Shown here piece by piece: positions 25,751 to 38,949 of a stretch of 64,000 bases of DNA. The translations under genes were made by a program, and so were the position numbers. Origin of the DNA: Lama guanicoe. Taxonomy: Eukaryota. The stretch covers positions 62,001 through 126,000 of the forward strand of contig MU054120.1 in NCBI GenBank assembly GCA_013239625.1. The letters run 5' to 3'. The notes under the pieces are model-generated. The model did not search any database. It saw only the letters and a program-made list of their open reading frames with translations, and was not told the origin of the DNA. Position 1 is the stretch's first letter; each line of letters starts with the position of its first letter.

Positions 25751-27699
25751 AAGCAAGGACTATATATTCAAGTGAAATATGAGTAATACTGGGATTTTGC
25801 AGTGTTATTATAGTATCAACATAAGCAAAAAGAAGAACCTACCATTTAACAGTAGGCTGAATCTCTGCTAGCTAATGCCTTGCCATTGAATAATTAAAAC
25901 AATTAATTTTTCTAAGTATTTCTGCCTTTCTGCCTGCTGCTTATCCATTTAACTGGAATTAAGAACAGCCAATATATATACATCACTTTTAAGAGTTTGA
26001 CTCCTCATACATATCCTCAAAGGTAAGCATTATAATTACTTTCACTACTCCCTTTAAATTAGCAATATATTTACCAGCAGTCAGGTAATTTTTTAAGAAT
26101 TTATTTAATACAGATCATTTAGGAAAGCATTCATACCAAAGGAATTATCTGAAACTAGTTATTTTTCTTTTACCTGCAAACCACTTTGAAAGACACAGTG
26201 TGAAAATGTAGTTGTCACCTCCTGACAGAGGCTTTACACTCCTGACCACTTCATTTCAGTTTCTAAAATCCGGGATCATTTTCTTCCCATTATGATCTAA
26301 TTATGCAGCATGAATCCTATCATTACATACACAATAAAGATGGGAAAAATAATATTCTTGTCCTATCCACATTACTTTGCTTTGAAACCAAAATTGATGG
26401 TGCCACATGAGGCATCTTGGAATTAATTCCCTAGGTTGCATTTGAATTGAAGATGCACTCTGCCTTTGGCTCTGTTAAAACAATATTCTGTTCAGCTCCC
26501 ATTTTATTACTGACATCTATATACGATACTGAAAAAGAAATGGAAAGGCAAAGTTACCAATAAGAAACAACAAAAGGATGCTTATGGCAAGAAGATTGAT
26601 TGGGTTTACACCCATATCATGCCACTTTGTTCTTTTGTTTTATTATAAAGTGCCCTATTTAATCCATACCCTCAGAAAAGTCTTTAATCAGTACCATTTC
26701 GTGATCATACATTAGACATTTCTAAGATACAACAATTTGAATGAGATGTTCTGCACAATAGGCTGCATCTCTACTAGCTAATTCCCACTGGAGAACTGGA
26801 AATAGCTTGTTTTCTCTAGGTAATTCTGCCTGCTAATTATCCATTCAATTCAAATTAAGAGCAGTCAAGACCTATATAAAAAGGGGTCACTCAAAGTGAC
26901 TTGTTTCTCTAAAACGGTACTAAAAACTACTCTTCCTTAATGTATAAGATTAGAGTTTTCTACATACACACATTTGGTCAGAGTCAATAAATAATTATGG
27001 GAAAATCACGTCTTAAAATATCTGGTAAAATGGAATATTCATTACGATATGGTCAGGGTAAAATTTCAACAATTAAAAGGTGATTGTTACTAGCACATAT
27101 CTCAGCCATGTGTTGAATATTTATTTTGTGGTACGTGCCAATGTCTCTTCTGTCTTTATTTTTGTACTTTTCTTGACTATAATTACCTAAGAAAAGTTTT
27201 TAAATCAAGTGCTTAGCAACTCTCCAAACAGTTTTAAATCCTTTGTACTTCCTGCCATTTGAAGCAATATTCAAGAGCCTAGTGGCAGGGCTGAAGTCCT
27301 ACAGATAATCCTGTGACTCTGGACCATCTCATTTGTCTTTTGTTTTCTTCCTCATCTGTAAAATGATAAGGAGAGCTTGACATTATCTAAGATTGCGTTT
27401 AACTCTAACAACGTAAGTTTCTAATTTTCTGTCGTCTTAACGTCCTTTCAGACTTCCGCATAATAGATGGTGTTAATACGATTGATGTGTGTCTATTCGA
27501 GGAATATTTATTAAAACCAAGTGGATGTACATGTTGTATATGTTATAACCCAGAGCCTTTGGTGAGATTTTAGACAAGGTCCAATTATTTGTCCAACTTA
27601 TCTCCTATCTTATAAATGTTAGAAATATCACAATCACCAATTAGTATAAAAATAAGTGATTTTGGTTGTACAAGTTTAGGGAATATCCTGTTTACTCTG

Positions 27700-28317
27700 T
27701 TTCTTCATGTTACTTACATAGTAGTTTGTACCTCTTAATCCTCTTCTCCCATCTTGCCCCTCTCCTTTCCCCTCTCCTCCCTAGTAACCACTAGTCTGTT
27801 TTCTATGAGTCTGTTTGTGTTTTGTTAAGTTTATTCATTTGCTATTTTTTTTTTAGATTTCACATGTAAGTGATAACATAGAGTATTTGTCTTTGACTTA
27901 TTTCACTAAGCATAATGTCCTCTAATTCCATCCATGTTGCAAATAACAGAATTTTATTTTTTTATGGCTGAGTAATAATCATGTATATATACCACATCCT
28001 CTTTATCCATTCATCTGTTGATAGACACTTAGGTTGCTCTCATCTTAGCTATTGTAAATAATGAGATATCATCTGACCCCTGTCAGAATGGCTATCATAA
28101 AAAAGTTTACAAATAACAAATGTTGGTGAGGATGTGGAGAAAAGGGAACTCTAGTACATTGTTAGTAGGAATGTAAATTGGTGCAGCCACTGTGGAAAAC
28201 AACGTGGAGGTTCCTCTAAAAACCAAAAATAGAACTATACGATCCAACAATCCCACTCCTTGATATATCTGAAGAAAACAAAAACACTGATTTGAAGATA
28301 CCTGAACCCCAATGTTC
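27700..28317 (-). mobile_element. 5'-inverted (twin-primed) L1 3' fragment
   Basis: Minus-strand L1 3' end to 28063, then plus-strand AATGAGATATCATCTGACCCCTGTCAGAATGGC...CCCCAATGTTC (28060-28317). Confidence 0.85.
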
Positions 28318-28648
28318 TGAAAGCCATCCTTTGAAATGTAAACATGGAGGACAATAGCACTCCTCTCTCAATTTCTGGGGAAAGGTAGGAGCCTAACTTC
28401 TGTGACATTTTACTCCAAGTTGTAAAGCTACCTCCTGTCATGAAGATACAAGAACGTTTACTTTTCCTTTGAGTGAAGCCAGTTAGCAAACAAGACAGTT
28501 CAGGATCATCCCGCCACTCCAGCTCTCAAAAATCGCTCCAGCCTTTTATTTCAGGGAAGTTATGTTCAGTTGCTCCTTTTTTTTTATTGCAAAAGCCAGA
28601 ATAAAGTCTCCCTTCCCTGTTTAACTTAGACGCAGTTTTTGCTTTGAC
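28318..28648 (+). mobile_element. ERV1 LTR 3' half (MER34-like)
   Basis: CTTTGAAATGTAAACAT...GGTAGGAGCCTAACTTC...GAATAAAGTCTCCCTT...GCTTTGAC. Confidence 0.65.
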
Positions 28649-30229
28649 GTGTGAGAACCATGGTGAGTAAAGGACAAATATATCAAATTTGTTCAATTTG
28701 AGTACTTATTTAAAAACTCCAAAAAAATCATAATCATGATACTGAGAATGCATTGTAACCTATTTAAACCATGTTCTTATAAAATTGTTCAGCTAGGCTT
28801 ACCTTATTACAAATATTTTAAGTAATTTTGAATTAACATCTGTTGGAGACAAATTTCACATTGCAGTCAAATTATTTTTCTTTATATCAACATCTCAGGC
28901 TTTAAAAATAGCAGAATTCTGAGCTTATATTCTGTTGATTTAGAATCCACAGTAAATGGCTTCCCATTTGTAAGAGCTTGTATTTTAACAGAAAGGACAA
29001 ATATTGATTTACTTAAAAGCCCATATGAGAAAAGTGAGACAAGGCTGAAGGTGAAGCTGAGTGTTGCTTCCATGCAGACTCGGTGCATTATCTATATAAC
29101 AAAGAACACGAGAAGGTGTCCATGAAATAGTGAAAGACTGATAGGAAATTCATAATACACTGATCTTAAGTACAATTCAATAGATGTAAGGTTCTTTAGT
29201 GCTTTTTTCACCTCAGATTACTTGTTCTTTAAACAATGGTTAAGAGTTATCTTTTAACAGCTAAAGATGAAAGAAGCAACCATGCAAAAGAGACAAGATT
29301 GAAAGAACAAGGAAACAGACAATAGCACTTCAGATGGGGAGTGATGTGATTAGAATGTTCTTAAATATTAGCAAGGAGACAAATGATAATGAAGAATAAA
29401 AGAAGGCTGTGGATTTCTTTTTACATTTGTTTCTAAAATCTCACATGGTTTCACCTCCATGTATTTCGTATAACCAGCAGGCATATTTTTACCTCTTAGC
29501 TTCTCAGATCTCTTTACAACTTTTCTTTTACTTCAAAAGAGAGACAGAGATAAAGATCTTTTTGCTTTTTTACACATTAAGGTAATCGTAAGTCAACAAA
29601 AATTAGCAATATAACTTACTGAGACAAATTGGAAGCCAGTGATCACCCAGTACATTGTACTTTTTTTTCTTTCCAAATTAACTGAATCAAATGGTTTTTC
29701 TGGTATCACATAAATTTCACCTGAGATAGAGATTCATTAAAACAATTAAGAAATTTGTCATCTATTCCTTATGTATCACTCTTTAATTCATGCCCAGTTG
29801 CTCTTTTAGAATTGATATATTAATTCCATTGTCCACTTAAAACTGAAAAAAAAAAGAATCAGCAAAGCAGAAAAGTGATCATGGTGAACTATGAATGGTG
29901 AACAAATGAAGTAGAATTCATAAAAATTAGTTTGCTCTGGCACTAAGCAAAATTACCAATACCTTGCTTTTGTTTTAAACATACTTCCATGTGCAGCTTT
30001 TATTATTATTTAGGATTGATTAGATTGTGTTTGGATAAATGCTTTAGCCAAATGAGCTACCAATAGAATTTCTCCCAAAAGCAGTTGGTCTGTGAGAATC
30101 TGTGGGTTTGGGGTTTAAAACAGCAACAACAGAACAACTCTGAAGAATTAATTTAACAAAGTCTTTTCTTGTAATTTGTGTGTGTGTCTCATATTGTTTC
30201 ATATATGATGCAATCTAATACGAAAAATT

Positions 30230-30700
30230 ACAGAATTGCAACACTTGAACAAAATGTGAGGGTAATTTTGTTCAACAACCTTTCCACACTTAAACCTACT
30301 CTGTAGCATTGATGATTTTCCTGCCTTCATTCAATGCCTAAAAACTTACCATGTACCAAATAGTCTCACCATCTGAGACAGCTAGTGATGCTTAAAGAGC
30401 TCATGTTTATCCTGCCCCTTAATGTATTTGATTGTCATTTACTGCTTATTGGTTTTAGTTCTATGCATAGATATGTACTTTGTCTGGTGGAGTCACCATA
30501 TGTTCATGCTTGGGTATCAGAGTCCTTGGTGTCCTTTGCCCTGTCAGGTTAAGTTTCAGCAGTTGTTCAGCACTATTGTTACTAGTCGTGAAAGTTCCAA
30601 GAGAAGCCCGTAAAACCTACAAATTTCGAGCATACCCATCCCTGGTCCCAATTATATAGCACTAACTAGATAATTATCTCCATTAGTATTAGTAAGTCCT
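30230..30700 (-). mobile_element. Possible L3/CR1 fragment
   Basis: GACAGCTAGTGATGCTTAAAGAGCTC, TTGGTTTTAGTTCTATGC and CAGGTTAAG motifs in L3 order, highly degenerate. Confidence 0.3.
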
Positions 30701-30704
30701 TTCT

Positions 30705-31440
30705 TCACCTACTTTTCCACTGGCATGACAACTTCAAAATGACCAGACAACAGGAATAGTGGGGTTTTTTGTTTTTGTTTTTCGTTTGCTTGTTTTTATG
30801 TTCAGTGGAACTCTTCCAGTGTACATTGATGCAGGGATCCATCTGGTGACCAGGACTTCCAAGCCAGGAGAGCCTAGGGTTGTATGGGCACAAAGCCCAA
30901 ATCTGCAAAGTCACTGAGAGTGATGGTGATAGGAGCTAATCCTACTCCAACAACCTTGTTTGGGATCAATTTATTCTGACTGTTGGGCAAGTGTGCCATT
31001 ATATGTTTTGGTCCAATCTCTATATACTGCTTCATGGAAAACAGCAACCCAGCCCTACAGGTTGTCATCCCCAGACTTGTTCTTTGATCCAAAGTGGTTT
31101 TATGCAGGATCTTACATCAGTAAGTCAGATTTTCTATAAAGAATCACATAGTTATTCTCACCACAGTAAGGTAGGTAGGAAGGCAAACCTACATCCAGAG
31201 TAGATAAATATCCCGACAAGATCAAAATCTTGTCACCTCCACAGTGAAAGGATTCAGGTATAATTAGTGGGGTTCCAATCACCTGGTTAGATCTTTAAGA
31301 GACTTTACCATATCTGAAACTCAGCATTTGTCTGTCCTTTATGGTTCAGGGATTTGGAAACAGCTAGGTCAGCCTTAGGGAAAGGGAACCTGTGCTGTGA
31401 CGTTAGTGCATAACCTCCATTCAGGCTTCCATAGCTGCTC
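30705..31440 (-). mobile_element. ERVL internal fragment (HERV16/ERV3-16A3-like, integrase 3' region)
   Basis: GTCACTGAGAGTGATGGTGATAGGAGCTAATCCTACTCCAACAACCTTG; translation NKVVGVGLAPITITLSD resembles ERVL pol C-terminal GNQGVEVGVAPLTITPSD. Confidence 0.65.
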
Positions 31441-32169
31441 CATAAAATGCAATGTTTAAACTTCTCTTAACACCTAAAACTCACAGAAAGTATAAAACTG
31501 AAAGTCATAATATTCCTTCCAAATGTTATCTTTACATTTTAGAAATTAAAACATATAAGAAAAAAGGCTTTTATAAATAAAAAAGCAATGAAATAAGATT
31601 TACTCAAGACTTACTTGAACTTTCAGTTGAGAAGATAATTTCTGAAAGCTGGTATATTTCCATCTACTTTCTAAATATTTTAAATTAAAATTGCTCTTTT
31701 TACCTTGGCCAGAATTGCAGCAAAAACCAAAGCTCTCCAATCAAGATTTAAGTTTATCTGTATTTTAGAAATTCAATTACAAACTAAAATCAGGATTATT
31801 CTCGTAAAGTAGTTTGGAAGTTTCATCACATACCAAGGCTGTATTTACACATATCAGATATTCTGCAGTATCTTAAGCAAAATGTTGTTTAAAATGCTTA
31901 TGATCAACCAATATCATTTTCTGGAGGAGTAATTTATTGTGCACCAAAATTCAAAATATTTTTATCAGAAAACACTGGAAATTTGTCAAAGATACCATCT
32001 ATGTATTTTTCATCACTCTCTCTTGAAAATGTGAAATAAAATGATATTGTAGAAATGGGAAATTACTGTCATCAATAGACAGTGAAAATACATATCCGAA
32101 TTAAATGTTTAGATACCAGAAGAAGATACAGAGAAGTGTCCCCTTTATGGCATTAAAAGCCTCTACTTT

Positions 32170-32666
32170 TTATATTTTATTTTTTAAGACTTTACTTTTT
32201 TAGACCAACAAAGTTAAGAGGGATGTAGAGATTTCTCATGGGCCTCCAGCCTCCACTACTATCAACATCACTCACCAGAATGGCACATTTTTGTACCAAG
32301 GATGCACTTACATTGACACATCATAGTCACAAAAAGCCCATAGTTTACCTTAGGAGTCACTCCCGGTGTTGTACATTTTATAAGTTTGGGCAAATGTATA
32401 ATTAACATATATTCATCATTATAGTATCATACAGAATATTTGCACTTACCTAAAAATCCCCTGTGCTTTGCCTATTCATCTTTACCCACCCGTCCCTGCC
32501 ACCTGCCCTGGAAACCACTGATCTTTATACTGTCACCATAGTTTTGTGTTTTCCACAGTATCATATAATTGGAATCATAGAGAGTGTAGCCTTTTCAGAT
32601 TGGTTTCTTTGACCAAGAAATACGCATTTAGGATTCCTGCATATCTTTTCATAACTTGATAAGAAG
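32170..32666 (-). mobile_element. L1MC1-like 3' UTR fragment with TSD
   Basis: ATCAACATCACTCACCAGAATGG...ACATTGACACATCAT...CCATAGTTTAC; direct repeat AGCCTCTACTTT at 32158-32169 and 32667-32678. Confidence 0.85.
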
Positions 32667-34695
32667 AGCCTCTACTTTCAAAGTATTGGTCAGATTTATA
32701 AAACACCATACAGCTTCACCATTTACAAGCTTCAGTTAAACAGTGGAGAAATACAGGTACACAATAAGAAGTTCCTGAAGTCGGGATATACATCTGGTCC
32801 ATCATTGTGTATCCAGGGGTTAGCAATGCCTGTCCCAGAGAAAGTTATTTATATGCACGTGTGTTGAATGAGTGTATCTAAATTGAAGACTGTGATTGCC
32901 TCAGTTAACTGTGGCTCATTTATACAACTCGACTTTAGTATGTAAACCAAGCAGAGGGAACCCGTACTTAAAACACTGAAATCTTTGGGTTTACGAGAAA
33001 CTCCTGCATCATCTTAGCCTCTGAAAGTAGGCAGTGCTTTCATGCACATGAGAACTTTCACCCTAGCTCACCCTGGGACAAAGAACTAGACATATTTTTC
33101 TAGAACCATTGCAAATAGTCTTGACACAAGTGGATCTTGCATTTCTAAACTTCACTGTTCTTTACCCTGTGTTTTGCCATAAGTAGGAACCCACGTGGAC
33201 AAGTCCTAGCATTTTGACAAGATTTTCACATCTTCCTTATCCAACTTCAAAGAACTGTTAAAATTGTGATTACATTGTCTGTAGCACATTGTAGTCAATA
33301 AAGTGCTTTCTCATAAAGTATCTTATTTCCTTCCCATGACAGTCTTTTGAATTGGGCACAGAAGAGAATATTATACACAGTTTCTAATGAAATTAAAGCT
33401 TTGAGAGCTAAATTCACATGTACAAGTTTGTACATTTACTGAATGGGAAAGTATTCTTACTTCAGGGCACATTCTCCATTATGTGACTTAAATAAACTTA
33501 TTTATTTCTTCTTTATTAAAAAATGAAGGAAAGGTTTTCTATGAAGAAAAAGTTCCTTGGATGGGAATGAATGGGTAGGAGAAAAGAGAGCTATGACATT
33601 TTAAAAGAACATTTAATCTAAAGCAAACTGTTGCTATTTCTACCAGCAAGAGCAGCTTTGAGTTAAAGTAAATAAAGACAACATTTTACTTGGAGCAAGA
33701 ACAAAAAGTATAGATTCTGGATTTCTCCGTGGACAGAAGTTTGTAGCTCTTACAGTGATGACAGCTTGTCTTGGTAAGATGATACCTTTTGGCTACGAAA
33801 ATGCACATCTATTTTCATGAAAAATTTAGCATGAAAATGTTGTATGTCTTGAAATAATTTTTTAAAAATGAGGAGGGAACAGGGTTAGTAAGGAATTGTG
33901 GAAATAAAAGTACTTCAGAAGTCTGACTGGCTATTGGTTTAAACACATACTCTGTCACCAGCAACTGTTCTTGTATGACTCAAAGCCAATGGCTTCACCT
34001 CCAGGAGTGTAAAATAAGTATCCTTGATTAGATGATGCCTAAGCTTTCAACGAGTTCTTACATTCTATAATTTTAACTCATGGGAAGTATTTATTGGGTC
34101 ACTGAGAAAACATCTTTTTAATATTCTTATTTGTTTTCTATTATCATTGTTTCAAAGAAAAGTTTGGAGTGAATCTTAATAAGTGCTTGCAAACTTGATG
34201 AATTTCAGGCCTGTCTTTTAGAAGATGGATGTGGGTATGACTTCCTTTTACATGAATACTTTCAAGTTTGATGAGAAACCATTTCGAGATGACTATATTC
34301 CAAATTCACAAGTATGCAGCTTGATATCTTCACTATAATTCCTTAGAAAGGTATCTGAGAATAAAGAAATGTAATGATGGATATTAGAACTTAAACTAAC
34401 AGAGAATTTAGCTTCCACACACTTTCTACATCATAGAATCTTATTTAGGCACATATTCATCCGGAGGCAATAAAAAACAATGGGTTCTTGCCTTGATGGA
34501 GCACAGCAAGCTGTCACGGAGGAGAGGAAGTATCAGTGTAACTCCCATTGAGGACACATGTACTCTGTAACTTCTCTTGGGCAGCTTTTTCAGTATTTTG
34601 CTCTGACTTCGTCAGCTGAATAGCTATACTCTAAAAACACAAGGATTCTAGATGTGGTAGAGCTGTAAATGAATCTTCTTAGTGGCTTTATTTCA

Positions 34696-35155
34696 TTAAA
34701 AACTAGAAAGAGCATAAATGACCATCAGGAGATGAACAGATGAACAAATGGTGGTGTATCTCCACAACGGCATGCCACTCCGGAAGAAGGAAAAAAGAAA
34801 AGGAAATGAACTATGACACACACAACTCAAAATAACCGTGCTGAATGAAAAAAAAAAACAGGCAAAGAGAAAGAGTACATAATACATGATTCCATTTATA
34901 TAAAACTATAGAGTGCAAACTAATCTATATTTACAGAACTCAGATCAGTAAAAGCGTAGGTGTCAGGGGCTAGAGCAGGAGGAAGAGATTACAAAGAGGC
35001 AGGAGAAAACTTTTGAGAGTGAGGAATATATTATCTTAATTTTGGCAATGGTTTCATGCATCCGTATAGATGTCAGAACTTATCAGAGTGTACACTGTGA
35101 ACACATGCTGTTTCCTGTATGTCAATTATACCTCAATAAATCTGTTTTTAAAAAC
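34696..35155 (+). mobile_element. L1MC/MD-type 3' end
   Basis: ATGATTCCATTTATATAAAACTATAGAGTGCAAACTAATCTAT...TGTATGTCAATTATACCTCAATAAA. Confidence 0.8.
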
Positions 35156-35723
35156 TCTGGTAGAATGCAATACTACAAAATAAGTTCCAAATATATTCAT
35201 GTCATCTATAGTTAAGGTTAAATACAGGGTTCATCCCTTGGGAGAAAAAATTTAGAGCAGGATTTTAATTTTTGCATTCATTTTTAACATATACATTGCA
35301 TGATACATTCAAGGTTTTAAATATACTACTGAATTTAACTCCTAAACACAAACCAAAGAGCTGCATGCTAAATGTGATATTCATTTTAATATTTGAGCTT
35401 TTTTAAAATTGCTTTGGAGTACATTGTTCTAATTATTTTGATTGGTGCTACTGCATAAGGATTTCAATACTACCAGTCCTAACTGGGGGAATTTAAGAGG
35501 CTATTAGGGAGGAAGTTCGGTGTTTAACCTTCCCCACAGGCTCATATCTTGTACCCCATTTTCCCTCATATTTATGCTCTGAATAAACCCTCACTTTTAT
35601 GTTCCCTAAAAAAATACTGCCTTCGTTTACTACAAAAGCCACATCTTCCAGACCAGAGGATCTGACACTTTTAGGAGGCTAGTTTCCTTTCTCTGAGCCA
35701 ATGCACAGAGAATGTTTTCCTCC

Positions 35724-36458
35724 AATTTTTTTGAGACATAATTGACAAAAAAGGTACGCATTCAAGATATACAACATGATGATTTGCTGTATGTATATAT
35801 TGTGAGATGATTACCACGGTAGTTAACACATTCATCACCTCACTTAGTTACCTGTTGTGTGTGTATTTGATGAAAGCATTTAAGATCTACTCTCTCAGTA
35901 AATTTTAAATATTCAATACAGTATTGTTAATGATAGTCTCCATACATTACATCAGATCCTGAAAATTCATTCATCTAATAATTGAAGGTTTGTGTCCTTT
36001 GGCCAGCATCTCCCCATTTCCTCCTCCTCTCAGCTCCTACCAACAACCATTCAACCATTCAATTCTGTTTCTATGAGTTTGACTTTTTTTAGATTCCACA
36101 TATAAGTGAGATCATACAGTATTTGTTTTTCTTCATCTGACTTAATGTCATTTAGCATAACACTCTCAAGTTTCATCCATGTTGTTGCAAATTTACTTCT
36201 TCTCTTTTCTATGGATGAACTATATATATAGAAGATAGATAGGTAGATAGATAGGGATAGAGATATCTCTGTATTGCTGTAGATATCTCCCACATTTTCT
36301 TTATCCACTCATCTGTTGACAGACACTTAGGTTGTTTCCATATATTAACTATTGTGAATAACACTGCAATGGACATGAGGGTGCAGCTATCTCTTCAAGA
36401 TAACTGATTTCATTTCCTTCAGATATCTTCCCAGAAGTGGGACTACTAGATCGTATAC
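35724..36458 (-). mobile_element. L1MA9-like 3' end with internal (TA)/(GATA)n microsatellite at about 36221-36268
   Basis: TACAACATGATGATTTG...ATCACCTCACTTAGTTACC...AGATTCCACATATAAGTGAGATCATACAGTATTTG. Confidence 0.85.
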
Positions 36459-37547
36459 TAACCAACTACTTTCAAGTTTGCTGTCTCCTGGTTGTTCTGC
36501 AGTCACACATGTGTGTGTTTTTACCCTCTGTGTCACTGTCTAGTTTTTGATTAGTTACTGGTCCTTCTACAGAGCTTTCTGTTCTCAAGGCCTGATCTAC
36601 ACTGCTGACTAAGCCCCAGTTTTGATAATATAAGGAGTATAAATAATAATGTCATATAATTCCCTATTTCCAAAGCAGAATTTTCTACCAAGAGTCTTCA
36701 GCATCATGTGAAAAAGACAACACATCTCTTGCTGGGCATTGCTTTAATCCCAGAATAAGTAACTTGAAAATAGTATCTGAGTCCTGACATTGATTCATCA
36801 TCATATTTTCAGAGTATCTCAGAGCTCCAGTGAGCATTAAACGGAACAATGCTAAAGGCAGTAATGTTCTCCTCTTTTTTTTTTCTTTTTGTTACTGATA
36901 TCCTATGTTCCATTTAGCTTTCACTTCCTTAGAATCTTCTAACTAGATGAAATTATTTGCCTATACTTACCTGAGGGATATGTTCTGGCCTACCTGTGGG
37001 CATGACTCCTGACTAGAAAAAAATATGGGAAAATCTTACTGAACTAAAACTTTGATTTAGTAAGTATTCAGATCCTAAGCTTTATGGTCTCTCAAAATTC
37101 TCTGTTCCCTTCACTCACTCTTTCAGTTTCTCAGGGTTTTCCAGCCTTTGATCATGTACCAGGCACTGCCATCTCTCTCTGTGAAGCTTATATGTCAGCT
37201 GACATTTCTGATTCCCCCAACCGGCCAAAGGCTATCCAGGGGTGCTCCTAAGATATGGGCTTGCTGTGTAATTCTTGTCTCAGAGCCATCAAGCCATCGC
37301 TTTGCTTTGGAGTGCCAGTCTAAACGTCAGTCCTCTGAATTTGAAATCTGTAACACCCAGATGGTGATATTGCAGAAGATGCTACTAATCACACATTGCA
37401 AAATAAATCTCAAAGAACTGACCCAAAGATGAACATCAAGCATACAGTTTCTAGATTCAAATTTGAACTATGGAATTTTAGGTTCAGGACTTAATTGATG
37501 TATTATCGGAACTGAGTATCAGAAGAGGTGCTCTATCTGTGTCTAGA

Positions 37548-37720
37548 TCAGTGGTTCCAGATTCTGGCTGCATAGAAGAATTATATACAGAACATCTTTC
37601 CAAACCTCATGTTTGGGCTCTGCCTTTGATCAGCTGAAACAGATTCATGAGGAATGGTACATGGTATTTGTAGTTTTAAAAATCGCCCTTCTCTTTCTGA
37701 ATTGAGAATGACAGATCTAT
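37548..37720. mobile_element. MER5A-like hAT-Charlie MITE
   Basis: TCTAGATCAGTGGTTCCAGATTCTGGCTGCATAGAAGAATT...GTATTTGTAGTTTTAAAA...TTGAGAATGACAGATCTA. Confidence 0.5.
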
Positions 37721-38810
37721 AAGTAAGGCCCACCTACTAATGTACTAAGGTATAAGGAAATGAAAAATGACATACACAATTGTCACTATTCAGGCATGAA
37801 TACACTGAATCTTCAGCAATGTTTCTTTCCTGAATTCCTGCCCATTCTTCTCCATGGTGAGGTAGGTTGGATACCTGAGGACTCCCTTCTTCGTTAGAAA
37901 GTAGAGCAACTTGTTTTCTTTCCTGTGATTCCATTCCTTGCCTCTCTTAGTTTACTAAGCCAAAGAAAATAGATTTTTTCAATCTGAGTGACCTAATCAG
38001 AGTTCATCCTCATTCCTAAACCTTATTATTAAAATTGCAGCTATAGAAGGGAGAAGAAAATGAGAGAAAACTAGACAAGAGAGAGAGAAAGAGAAGAATG
38101 AAATTGAGACTAGGGCACTTATGTACCTTCTCTCTTTTCCTCAAAAGCCTGGTATATAGTCACGTATCACGTACTCTTCATTTGTAACAGATCAACTCAC
38201 TTTAGGGAATTTGAGTGACATGTGAATAGGTGGCCAAAAACAGTCATCCAAATGTGAATGCATTTACCTTTCCCCAATACTTTAATCTTTTGTTGACATT
38301 TATAAGGTCACAAAGTACTTCATAAGGCACAAGATTCAATTCATTAATCTCTAAGTGGCATTTCCCAGACCTATGATGATGGACATACCTCCTATCAAGT
38401 TCCAAAGTTCCTTTGTCTCTCACGGTTGCTGTGTGGCTTTGTGTCATTCTTTACTGAGAAGCTTAACGCCATTCAGTACGAGCTCCTCAGACTTCCTGCT
38501 TCCCCTCCTTGATGTTTATTTAATCTCCTTTTCACCTCTTCATTCTCTTTTCCAGTGTTCATATGTGGCTGTTTCTAGTCCTTCCCTCACCTGCCACAGC
38601 CATAATAATCTCTTCTTTTAACCTTCACTTTCCTCTGAATTGCTTTCTTATGTTTTAGCTTTGAGAGCATTAAAGTTTAGTTTGACCTAATCTGAACTTA
38701 CTAGAGCAAGATGAGTGAGGGTGTCATGAACACTCAACTTGAAACACTAGCATGTTGTGATAAGCCACCAAAAGGGATATGTGTCCAGGATTTAGTGAAC
38801 TTAGTTCTCA

Positions 38811-38949
38811 TTTTTATTTATTTTTTTAGTTTTTGGGTGGGGAGGTAATTTTTTATTTACTTGTTTTTAATGGAAGTACTGGGGATTGAACCCAGGACCC
38901 TGTGCATGCTGGGCACACATTCTACCACTTGAGCTATGGCCTCCCTCCC
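38811..38949 (-). mobile_element. Camelid tRNA-derived SINE (Vic-1 type) with 11-bp TSD
   Basis: Reverse reads GGGAGGGAGGCCATAGCTCAAGTGGTAGAATGTGTGCCCAGCATGCACAGGGTCCTGGGTTCAATCCCCAGTAC (A and B boxes) plus an A-rich tail; TSD CTTAGTTCTCA at 38800-38810 and 38950-38960. Confidence 0.9.

Noticed and set aside
36963..36973. ATACTTACCTG matching the U1 snRNA 5' end
   Set aside because: The match stops after 11 nt and no U1 body follows; it is the reverse complement of a consensus splice donor
38865..38945. tRNA gene
   Set aside because: A/B boxes are present, but the A-rich tail and TSD show it is a SINE, with no convincing acceptor stem
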